Positions 1 through 8,630 of a stretch of DNA of 25,966 bases are shown here, one piece after another. Source of the DNA: Candidatus Heimdallarchaeota archaeon (GTDB lineage: Archaea > Asgardarchaeota > Heimdallarchaeia > Hodarchaeales > Hodarchaeaceae). The stretch covers positions 4,503,348 through 4,529,313 of the forward strand of contig CP070695.1 of the NCBI GenBank assembly GCA_020353515.1. The letters run 5' to 3'. The stretch's first letter is position 1. The number at the start of each line of letters is the position of its first letter. The notes beneath the pieces are model-generated. The model saw nothing but the letters and a program-made list of their open reading frames with translations. It did no database searches and was not told the DNA's origin. Both the position numbers and the translations under genes were made by a program.

Positions 1-177
1 CACGATGTAGAACAAGAATTGAGGATAATGCTAAACAACCTAATAAATTATAAAGAAAGAATTCTCGAGAAAAAAGAGGTTTTAATTCCTGATATAAGAT
101 GGGATGGTACAAGAAAAAAGGTAGGATTCTTAGAAAAAAAAGAGAGAGCTTTAGAGGAAGCGGCTGGCTCAAAATAA
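1..177 (+). CDS. sqdB: 3' fragment of a probable UDP-sulfoquinovose synthase (SqdB/Agl3-like SDR), 5'-truncated by the window edge
   Basis: Frame 1 is open from base 1 to TAA at 175-177: HDVEQELRIMLNNLINYKERILEKKEVLIPDIRWDGTRKKVGFLEKKERALEEAAGSK. The L..YK.RI......P...W tail resembles my recollection of SqdB/Agl3 C-termini. Only 58 codons are visible, so the family call is tentative. Confidence 0.55.
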   Translation, partial: HDVEQELRIMLNNLINYKERILEKKEVLIPDIRWDGTRKKVGFLEKKERALEEAAGSK

Positions 178-551
178 AACCAAGAGAATGTCCGCAAGAA
201 TTCCAGCCGACGATGAGGAGAAAAGAATTACAGATTTCATTTTAGAAACAAAAAGAATATTTCGACAACGTTTTTAGCTATTAAGGCTGCATTCCCGATT
301 AAACTCTCTTAATTGCGGAAAAATCAGGGGATAAGATTCAATCCTATAAAGCAAACTTATGGTAGGTACATTCGCTCTCTAAAAAACGATTTCAAAAGTA
401 CCAGTGGGGTCACAAAAGTCACTCTCGAGGCTGATGATGAGCATAGCTCTGAGGAAATTCCCGGTTCATAAAATCCTTAATGACTGGAAAAACCGATTGG
501 TTCTTTCGGCAGAAGAACAAGAATTGCAAGAATCTCTGAAAGTTTTTTAAA

Positions 552-2069
552 GTGGTTAGCCACATTAACAAAATTCAAATTCCTGAAATTGCTACCATTG
601 CAAAAGGTGCTGGAATTAGCTTTTTTGGAATCATCAGTTGGGGAGCTCTTAATTACTCGTTTAATGTGTATCTGGCAAGGGTATTAAAACCGGAAAATTT
701 CGGCCTCTATACAATTGGTCTAGCCATATTTAATGTTGTCGGAATGTTATCCTTATTCGGGCTAAACAGTGGGCTCATCAGATATGTTGCTCTCTATAAT
801 GGAGTAAACGATAAAAAAAGAACCAAGGGCACCATCCTTTTTTCTCTAAAAATTTCAATCCTCATCAGTACATCTATTGCTGCAATCCTGTTTTTCTTAT
901 CTAAAGATATTTCATTAAAGCTATTCCATAAGCCTTCTCTTGAATTAGTCATAAAATATTTCAGTCTTTGTGTTCCGTTGTTTGTTATCAGTTCAGTCTT
1001 TCTCTATTCAATCCAGGGCTTTAAAGTCATGAAATATATGGTTTATTCGAGAGATCTTTTCGAGCCGATAAACAGATTCCTCTGGGTTACAATTTTTTTT
1101 CTTGTTGGCCTAAGACTATTAGGAGTTATGTTTGCTTTTCTTATCGCTCTTGGTTTAAATGTGCTTTTTTCTTATGTTCTTTTAAAAAGAATTTTTCCAA
1201 TTTCCCGCTCCCCCATTGTGCCCATCTATGAATCCAAAGAATTATTATCCTTTTCACTTCCCTTATTTTTTATTGGACTAATGCAAATAGGAATAAACAG
1301 AGTCGATGCGCTTTTATTAGGACACTTCGAAGAAGCACAACAAGTGGGAATATATACGGCTGCTTTTCAAACGTGTGTACTATCAGCCATAATCCTTAGA
1401 TCTTTCAACACCATTTTTGCCCCCATCATTTCAGACCTCTTCAACAGAAAGAAGCACGAAAGGCTGGAACTCTTATACAAAGCTGTTACCAAATGGATAT
1501 TCACCCTTAGTTTGCCAATTTTTTTATTGATTCTATTGTTCACCAAGGAGATTCTTTCCATTTTTGGAGAAAAATTTACTCTGGGAGCTTTATGCTTGAT
1601 TATTTTAAGTTCAGGTCAATTGATTAATTCTATGACTGGTTCAGTCGGTTATATGCTCATAATGATTGGCAGATCAGGAATTGCCTTTTTTAATGCGCTT
1701 GGAGTTCTTTCCCTTCAAATAGTACTAAGTCTCATTTTAATTCCTAAATACGGAATCGTTGGCGCAGCTATAGCCACAGCTACCTCTTGGATCCTCCTCA
1801 ATCTAATCAGACTCCTTGAAGTGTTCATAATTTTGAAAATCCATCCTTTTAAGATAAGCTTTTTGAAGCCGATATTAGCTGGAAGTGTCTCGGTCGCAGT
1901 TTTGTACTGGCTTGAAAAATCTGTAATAACATTCGAGCATCCCTTATTATTACTGGTCTCTGGGAGTTCCATATTTATAGGAATCTATGCAATGATCATC
2001 CTTCTTCTTGGATTAGAAGATGAAGATAAGGTCGTTTTTGATAAAGTAAAGGCAAAACTTAAGATGTGA
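552..2069 (+). CDS. wzx: Wzx-type polysaccharide flippase (MOP/PST family)
   Basis: 505 aa, hydrophobic throughout. Contains typical Wzx segments LARVLKPENFGLY, FGLNSGLIRYVA, D.LLLG....QVGIYTAA and LIPKYGIVGAAIAT. GTG start. Confidence 0.92.
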   Translation: MVSHINKIQIPEIATIAKGAGISFFGIISWGALNYSFNVYLARVLKPENFGLYTIGLAIFNVVGMLSLFGLNSGLIRYVALYNGVNDKKRTKGTILFSLKISILISTSIAAILFFLSKDISLKLFHKPSLELVIKYFSLCVPLFVISSVFLYSIQGFKVMKYMVYSRDLFEPINRFLWVTIFFLVGLRLLGVMFAFLIALGLNVLFSYVLLKRIFPISRSPIVPIYESKELLSFSLPLFFIGLMQIGINRVDALLLGHFEEAQQVGIYTAAFQTCVLSAIILRSFNTIFAPIISDLFNRKKHERLELLYKAVTKWIFTLSLPIFLLILLFTKEILSIFGEKFTLGALCLIILSSGQLINSMTGSVGYMLIMIGRSGIAFFNALGVLSLQIVLSLILIPKYGIVGAAIATATSWILLNLIRLLEVFIILKIHPFKISFLKPILAGSVSVAVLYWLEKSVITFEHPLLLLVSGSSIFIGIYAMIILLLGLEDEDKVVFDKVKAKLKM

Positions 2070-2113
2070 CTGTTGGCTAGTGAAGCCTTATTAAACTATC
2101 ATAATTCTAATCT

Positions 2114-2136
2114 ATTTTTAAGCTATGCTTAAAAAT
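2114..2136. repeat. Perfect 10-bp inverted repeat in the wzx-alkP intergenic region
   Basis: ATTTTTAAGC-tat-GCTTAAAAAT, read directly. It could be an operator or a weak hairpin; function unknown. Confidence 0.5.
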
Positions 2137-2259
2137 GACGAATTCCATATATGATAAAAAAAACTGAATGCGAATTTAGCATTCCAGGCGGTACATTGAT
2201 GGAGACCAGGTCAATATTCTTATATACCATATTAAGACAAAAGGATAGGTTGTAAATCA

Positions 2260-3981
2260 ATGCTGGTAGAAAATATAAATTCAAAAAATCCAAATCAAAA
2301 AGTAATAGTAATAGGCTTAGATGCTGCTACCTTCGATATTATCAATCCATTAAAAGAAAAAGGATTATTGCCAAATATATCCAAACTTATAGAGGATGGA
2401 GTATCAGGTAGGCTTTTATCAACACTCCCCTATACATCGGCTCCTGCTTGGAACTCATTCGCAACAGGGAAAAATCCCGGGAAACACGGAATCTACGGTT
2501 TCTCTGAATATAAGACTAATAGCTACGAAATTCAGATAGTAAATTCAAGAAAGAGAAAAACAAAAGCAATATGGAATATTTTAAGTGACTCTGGAAAAAA
2601 AGTAATAATAATGAACATGCCTACGACTTATCCTCCTGAAAATATCTACGGATGTATGGTTGCAGGTTTGCTAACGCCAGGAACAGAGAGTGAATTCACC
2701 TTTCCAGAAGAACTGAAAAAAACCTTATTAAAAAAATTTAATAATTATACAATCGAATATCCTTATCTAATATCAGTGGATAGTTCAAATGTAGAAGAAA
2801 TTTTAAGGGATTTGAGTGATATCGAAGTAAAAAGAACAGAAATTGCTCAATACCTCATGAACAGCCATAAATGGGATCTCACTTTAGTTGTTTTAGTAGC
2901 CCTGGATCGCATTCAGCATTATCTCTGGCACCATATGGAACCATGTCATCCAAAATATAAAAAAGAAACTGCAGAATTATTCGGGAATGCAATCCCATAT
3001 ATGTATCAGAGAATGGATGAATGTATAGGGCGATTAATCCAGGCTCTTGACGATAAGACAACAGTAATCCTGCTCTCTGACCATGGAGCTGGACCAATAG
3101 ATAACTTTTTTCCTTACCTTAATCTCAATAACTGGCTTTTAGATCATGGGTTGCTTCACATGCAAGACAAGAGTTCTTCCTTTAAGTTGATAGAGTCAAA
3201 AAGAAATATAATCCGATTTGCAAAGAAGTATACTCCTCTTTGGTTAAGAAATAGATTTAAAATTCTATTCCCGGAAGTGAGAAACAAATTAGTTACATTA
3301 AATTTTCATGCGCTAATAGACTGGTCACAAACAAAGGCTTACGTAAGGGAAGAAGATTATATCTCTCCTGGTATCCGTATCAATGTAAAAAACCGAGAGC
3401 CCGAAGGTGTCGTCTCCCCTGGAGAAGAGTACGAAAGTCTAAGGAACATAATCATTCAAAAACTGGCACAATTAACTCACCCTCTTACAGGAAAGAAAGC
3501 TTTTAATAAAGTTTACAAAAGAGAGGATGTCTATAAAGGAGATTATGTTGAAGATGCACCTGATTTGGTCGTCGAATGGTCTGAAGATGCGCTTTTCTCT
3601 AAGATCAAACAATACGATTCTTCGAATATGGAGAAGATGGAAAAAATATTTAAGCCAGCTAAAGAAAAATCTGGCGAACACCGAAGAGCTGGTATATTTA
3701 TAGCCTATGGTCCAAACATAAAAAAGGGAAAGATTGTAACAGATGCAGAAATCATTGATATTGCTCCTACTATTTTATACATTATGGGATTGCCAGTGGC
3801 CAGAGAAATGGATGGGAGAGTTCTAACAGAAATTTTCGGAAGTTCTTATTTGAAAGATAATCCAATTAATTTTTCAGCTTTTTCTGATTATGTCAAAGAT
3901 AGCAATACGAAGCAAATCTATAAAAAAGAAGATATAGAAAAAATCAAAAAAAGGCTGCGGAATCTGGGATATTTAGACTAG
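2260..3981 (+). CDS. Alkaline-phosphatase-superfamily protein (type I phosphodiesterase/nucleotide pyrophosphatase-like, COG3379 type)
   Basis: Motifs IGLDAAT, PYTSAPAWNSFATGKNPGKHGIYGF, DRIQH, LSDHG, SGEH, IIDIAPTIL and C-terminal RLRNLGYL. No CxPxR sulfatase motif and no signal peptide evident. Confidence 0.85.
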   Translation: MLVENINSKNPNQKVIVIGLDAATFDIINPLKEKGLLPNISKLIEDGVSGRLLSTLPYTSAPAWNSFATGKNPGKHGIYGFSEYKTNSYEIQIVNSRKRKTKAIWNILSDSGKKVIIMNMPTTYPPENIYGCMVAGLLTPGTESEFTFPEELKKTLLKKFNNYTIEYPYLISVDSSNVEEILRDLSDIEVKRTEIAQYLMNSHKWDLTLVVLVALDRIQHYLWHHMEPCHPKYKKETAELFGNAIPYMYQRMDECIGRLIQALDDKTTVILLSDHGAGPIDNFFPYLNLNNWLLDHGLLHMQDKSSSFKLIESKRNIIRFAKKYTPLWLRNRFKILFPEVRNKLVTLNFHALIDWSQTKAYVREEDYISPGIRINVKNREPEGVVSPGEEYESLRNIIIQKLAQLTHPLTGKKAFNKVYKREDVYKGDYVEDAPDLVVEWSEDALFSKIKQYDSSNMEKMEKIFKPAKEKSGEHRRAGIFIAYGPNIKKGKIVTDAEIIDIAPTILYIMGLPVAREMDGRVLTEIFGSSYLKDNPINFSAFSDYVKDSNTKQIYKKEDIEKIKKRLRNLGYLD

Positions 3982-4003
3982 CAAAAAGAATTAATTCAAT
4001 ACG

Positions 4004-5218
4004 ATGAAGGATTACAGAAATTTGATATCAAATGAAATTGTATTAAATTCAATAAATAAATTAGACAAATGGATAGAAAATAACGGGTGGGCTGGATTTG
4101 ATCCATATGATATAAGAGAATTCTCCTTTTTGATCAAACTGGAAAGGATTGTCATTGCAAGGAGACTAATTCACAGGATAGAAATATTAGATCCACTTTT
4201 TTTTAGAAAGCTGCTTAGAATAAAAAAACGAGTGAATGCTAAGGCAATGGGGCTCTTTGCTGATGGATTTCTCAATCTTTATAATACAACGGGGCAACTT
4301 AAATATTATAAGAAAGCAGAAGAAGCTATGACTTGGCTCGAAAATAACTATTCGAAAGGATACTCGGGAAAATGTTGGGGTTATCCTTTTGATTGGCAAT
4401 CTAGGGTATTCATTCCCAAAAAAACTCCTTCAGCTGTTGTCAGTTCCATTGTAGGAAATGCTTATTGGAGTTTTTACAAAACAACGAGGGAAAAAAACTT
4501 TTTGTCAGAATGTGAAAGCATCTGCAATTTTTTCCTGAATGATTTAAATATAGATAAATTCGGTTCAGATAAGCTCTGTTTTAGCTATACACCTGTTGAT
4601 AATTTTCATGTCAATAATGCAAATCTATTTGCAGCAGAGTTTTTAATCAGAATAGGTAAAGAAACTGATAATGCAAAATTTATCGAAACAGGATTGAAGG
4701 CAACAAATTACTCTTTAGCTCAACAGAATGAAGATGGATCTATATGTTATTGGGGCAAAGACCAAATGAAAAAATGCAATATAGACCATTTTCACAGCGG
4801 ATTTGAAATCAGAAGTTTATACTCTATTTGGAAACTAACTCAGGAAGAAAAAATATATAGCGCAGTTAAGAATTATTACAATTTCTATTTAAAAAATCTC
4901 TACAAGAATAAAACTATCCCTAAACATACTCCAAAAAAAATAAATCCAATCAATATACACAGTTGTACCGAAGCAATATTATGTAATTTAGTTTTAATGG
5001 AAACTTTTCATGAGGGAAAAAATTATCTGTATAATTCGCTTGATTGGACAATTAAAAACATGCAACACAAAGAAGGCTGGTTTATTTTCATGATAATAAA
5101 TATGAAAGGAATCAAGAGGAAGGTAAAGATACCCTATATTCGATGGGGCCAAGCCTGGATGCTTTATGCCCTCAGCAAAGCTTATTCTCATCTAAAGAAT
5201 CACAATTTATATAGTTAA
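4004..5218 (+). CDS. Conserved uncharacterised protein of glycan clusters, probable (alpha/alpha)6 six-hairpin fold
   Basis: 404 aa. Helical segments are separated by aromatic loops: GFDPYD, CWGYPFDWQSR, CFSYTP, VNNANL, QNEDGS..YW, IDHFHSGF, PYIRWGQAW. The fold is inferred. Confidence 0.65.
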   Translation: MKDYRNLISNEIVLNSINKLDKWIENNGWAGFDPYDIREFSFLIKLERIVIARRLIHRIEILDPLFFRKLLRIKKRVNAKAMGLFADGFLNLYNTTGQLKYYKKAEEAMTWLENNYSKGYSGKCWGYPFDWQSRVFIPKKTPSAVVSSIVGNAYWSFYKTTREKNFLSECESICNFFLNDLNIDKFGSDKLCFSYTPVDNFHVNNANLFAAEFLIRIGKETDNAKFIETGLKATNYSLAQQNEDGSICYWGKDQMKKCNIDHFHSGFEIRSLYSIWKLTQEEKIYSAVKNYYNFYLKNLYKNKTIPKHTPKKINPINIHSCTEAILCNLVLMETFHEGKNYLYNSLDWTIKNMQHKEGWFIFMIINMKGIKRKVKIPYIRWGQAWMLYALSKAYSHLKNHNLYS

Positions 5219-5233
5219 TTCTGAAGAGGGACT

Positions 5234-7372
5234 ATGAAACAAGTCTTACTAAAAAGAGGCAATGTAGCATTGGAAAATATTCCTGCCCCATTAATTGAAC
5301 CTAATTCAATATTAGTGGAAGTTGCGTATTCCCTTATAAGTAGCGGTACAGAATTATCAAGTATCAAAGGCTCTAAGGAATCTTTAGCCAAAAAGGCAAT
5401 TCGAAAGCCAGAGTATATAAAAGAACTTCTAAAATATTTCAAAAAGATTGGAATAAAAAAGACTATATCAAAAGTAGAACAGAGAATAAAAAGTTCTTCA
5501 CCCCTCGGCTACTCCTGTTCAGGATACGTTCTTCAAGTTGGAGAAGGAGTGGAAGACATAAAAACTGGGGATCGCGTTGCATGTGCAGGAGGTGGAAAAG
5601 CGTTCCATGCAGAGGTTGTATTAATCCCAAAGAACTTAGCTGTAAAAATTCCTCAGGGATGTGATCTTAAAGATGCGGCTTCTATTGCTTTAGGTTCAAT
5701 CGCAATGCACGGGATTCGGAGAGCGGATGTCAGATTAGGTGAAAATGTGGCAATAATCGGCCTAGGATTACTGGGTCAGGTTACAACTCAACTTTTAAGT
5801 ATATCTGGTTGCCGGACTATTGGTGCTGATCTTGATGAAGAACGGGTTAAACTCGCTGAAAAATTAGGGCTTAAAAAAGGATTTGTTCCATCAGAATCTA
5901 ACCTGGGGCGAGAGGTGCTTAATTTTACTTCAGGTCACGGAGTGGACGCCACTATAATCACAGCTTCGTCTCCCAGCAGCGAGATAATTCAACAGGCGAT
6001 GGAAAACACGAGGAAAAAAGGCAGAGTAGTCATAGTCGGTGACGTAGGATTGGAATTAAAGAGACATCCTCTATACGAAAAAGAAATAGATGTGTTGATT
6101 TCATGTTCTTATGGACCCGGACGATATGACTCTATATATGAGGAAAAAGGGCTAGATTATCCATATTCATTTGTAAGATGGACAGAAAAAAGAAATATGG
6201 AAGAGTATCTTAGACTCATAGCTGAAAATAAATTTGATTTTAAGAGTCTGGTAAGTGATGTCTACAACATCAATAATGCTCCAGAAGCTTATCAAAAACT
6301 GTTGAGCGATGAAAAAAGACCGCTAAGCATTCTCCTAGATTACAATATAAAATCTTTTAAAAAAAAGGAGAAGTTGAAAACGAAAATCAAAACACGAAAA
6401 TTAATGAAGAAACCCAATATAATCAATGTTGGAATTATTGGTGCTGGAGGTTTTGCAAAAAATACTCATCTTTTAAATCTTAAAAAATTGTCCAAATTTT
6501 ACCATATAAAAGCCATCGCCGATATAATTGGTCATAATGCAAAAGACGTTGCTAGCGCTTTTGGTGCGGAATACTGCACTACCAATTATAAAGATATTCT
6601 AGCTGATCCAGAGATTGATGTTGTAATTATCACAACTAGACACAATCTACATGCTAAGATAGCAATAGACGCTGCAAAAGCAGGAAAGGCTGTTCTCACA
6701 GAGAAGCCTATGGCCCTTAATCAAATCGAACTGGATGAGCTTATCCAGGTTATTAAAAACACCAATGTACCCTTTACCGTAGGGTTCAACCGTAGATTTT
6801 CTCCTTCCGCAGTCAAGACAAAGGCAGTGATCGCGAAAAGAATGAATCCTATTATCATTAATTATCGCGTACATGCGGCTTATCTCCCCCAAGAACATTG
6901 GGTTTACACTGATGAAGGAGGGGGTAGAATTATCGGAGAGGCCTGTCATATGCTCGATCTTTTCAATTACTTCACGGATTCCTCAGTAGAAAACATAGAA
7001 GTTACCTCTGTAACTCCTAACACCTCTGATTGTCTGTCATCTGACAATTTTATTGTTACCTTGAAATACGTTGATGGTTCTGTATGTTCTCTCATTTATT
7101 CATCTTTAGGAACCGACGAGCTAGGAAAAGAGTATATAGAAATATTTGCTGACGGCAAAGTTATTACAATTGACGATTTCAAGATCCTAAGAATGATTGG
7201 TACAAAAACAAAAGAAAGTAAAACTCGGCTAATTCAGAAAGGTCATTATGAAGAACTGATTGCATTTGTAAAATGTGTAAAAGAAGGAACAGAATTGCCA
7301 ATTCCCATGAACCAACTTATCAGTGCAACTGAAATTAGTTTTATCATTGATGAAAAGATTAATAACACATAA
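5234..7372 (+). CDS. Bi-domain oxidoreductase: MDR (zinc-ADH-like) domain fused to a Gfo/Idh/MocA domain
   Basis: N-half has ISSGTE, PLGYSCSG, GLGLLG and SCSYGPGRYD. C-half has GIIGAGGFA, EKPMA, GFNRRFSP and GGRIIGEACH. RBS GAGGG upstream. Confidence 0.9.
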   Translation: MKQVLLKRGNVALENIPAPLIEPNSILVEVAYSLISSGTELSSIKGSKESLAKKAIRKPEYIKELLKYFKKIGIKKTISKVEQRIKSSSPLGYSCSGYVLQVGEGVEDIKTGDRVACAGGGKAFHAEVVLIPKNLAVKIPQGCDLKDAASIALGSIAMHGIRRADVRLGENVAIIGLGLLGQVTTQLLSISGCRTIGADLDEERVKLAEKLGLKKGFVPSESNLGREVLNFTSGHGVDATIITASSPSSEIIQQAMENTRKKGRVVIVGDVGLELKRHPLYEKEIDVLISCSYGPGRYDSIYEEKGLDYPYSFVRWTEKRNMEEYLRLIAENKFDFKSLVSDVYNINNAPEAYQKLLSDEKRPLSILLDYNIKSFKKKEKLKTKIKTRKLMKKPNIINVGIIGAGGFAKNTHLLNLKKLSKFYHIKAIADIIGHNAKDVASAFGAEYCTTNYKDILADPEIDVVIITTRHNLHAKIAIDAAKAGKAVLTEKPMALNQIELDELIQVIKNTNVPFTVGFNRRFSPSAVKTKAVIAKRMNPIIINYRVHAAYLPQEHWVYTDEGGGRIIGEACHMLDLFNYFTDSSVENIEVTSVTPNTSDCLSSDNFIVTLKYVDGSVCSLIYSSLGTDELGKEYIEIFADGKVITIDDFKILRMIGTKTKESKTRLIQKGHYEELIAFVKCVKEGTELPIPMNQLISATEISFIIDEKINNT

Positions 7373-7427
7373 TATGCTCTTCTAAAAAAATATTTCACAG
7401 AAGAATTCATTCACTCAATCATTTTCA

Positions 7428-8576
7428 ATGGACGATAAAATAAAAATATGCATATTGACCTCAGTTCATTCAGTGTTTGACACAAGGATTTTTCGTAAAG
7501 AAGCAACGACATTAGTCAAAGAAGGCTATGATGTAAGATTAATTGCTCCCCATGAGAAAAATGAAACTATCAAAGGAATTAAAATAATTGGAGTCGGAAA
7601 GAAAAGTAACAGAATACTCCGAATTTTCAAAACAATAAAACTATCCTTTTTAGCATTGAAACAAAGGGCCAAGGTTTATCATTTTCACGATCCTGAATTG
7701 CTGCCCGTGGGAATACTCTTGAAACTGTTCACTCATAAAAAAATAATTTATGATGTTCATGAACATTTCCCAAATGCAATTCTCAATAAACACTGGATAC
7801 CAAGAGGATTAAGAAAAATTGTCAGGAAAGCTTTTGAAATACTAGAGTTAATCCTCGTCCCATATGTTGATTATGTGTTATATACAACGCCTATTGTCGG
7901 TGAAAGATATAAACAAATGAATGTAAGGACAGAAAGGATTGAAAACTTGCCTCAGCCTGAATATTTCAAGAAATGTCTCGAGAACGACGAGATAGGATCA
8001 TCTGAGGATCCATACATCATTTATCTTGGAATCACGGCTGAAACAAGAGGAATACTTGAGATCGTGATGGCTTTTTCAATCTTGGTAGATAAACACCCAA
8101 ACTTGAAATTATTTCTTGTAGGTCCAACAGGCACAAAGTCATATGGAGATAAAGTTATTGAATTGATAAATAACCTGAAGCTCAATAATAAGGTGAAGCG
8201 AATCCCCCCAGTTCCTTATGAGGAAATTCAAAAATATTTAAAGAGGGCATCAATAGGAATCTTAAATTACTTGCCATATCCCAACAATATGAGTTGTCTT
8301 CCGAATAAAATTTTTGAATACATGGCCTGCGGGCTTCCGATTGTTGCTTCCCATTTTCCAATTTATAAAAAGGTTGTAGAGAGTGCCAATTATGGAAAAG
8401 TGGCGAATCCGGAGGATCCTCAAGATATCGCAAGACAAATTGACGAACTTTTAATGAATCCGGAATTATTAAATGAAATGTCAAAAAATGCTGTCAAAGC
8501 ATTCAAAGAAAAATATAATTGGAACTTTGAGTCGCGAAAACTATTAGATGTCTATTCATTCCTGGTACAAAATTAA
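7428..8576 (+). CDS. Glycosyltransferase family 4 (GT-B, retaining)
   Basis: TSVH...DTRIF.KE, YHFHDPEL, YDVHE and PNKIFEYMACGLPIVAS motifs. Confidence 0.92.
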   Translation: MDDKIKICILTSVHSVFDTRIFRKEATTLVKEGYDVRLIAPHEKNETIKGIKIIGVGKKSNRILRIFKTIKLSFLALKQRAKVYHFHDPELLPVGILLKLFTHKKIIYDVHEHFPNAILNKHWIPRGLRKIVRKAFEILELILVPYVDYVLYTTPIVGERYKQMNVRTERIENLPQPEYFKKCLENDEIGSSEDPYIIYLGITAETRGILEIVMAFSILVDKHPNLKLFLVGPTGTKSYGDKVIELINNLKLNNKVKRIPPVPYEEIQKYLKRASIGILNYLPYPNNMSCLPNKIFEYMACGLPIVASHFPIYKKVVESANYGKVANPEDPQDIARQIDELLMNPELLNEMSKNAVKAFKEKYNWNFESRKLLDVYSFLVQN

Positions 8577-8630
8577 TAGAGAGAAACAGCATATCATCGT
8601 TAAATAGTCGTAACAAAATTGTCTAGTTTT

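Noticed and set aside
188-549. Short plus-strand ORFs in the gap before wzx (e.g. MSARIPADDEEK..., 188-277)
   Set aside because: They are under 60 aa with no recognisable motif in the frames I translated, so I cannot support them as genes or as a pseudogene.
2260-3981. Calling the AlkP protein a sulfatase
   Set aside because: It lacks the (C/S)xPxR formylglycine motif; its motifs fit the phosphodiesterase-like branch.
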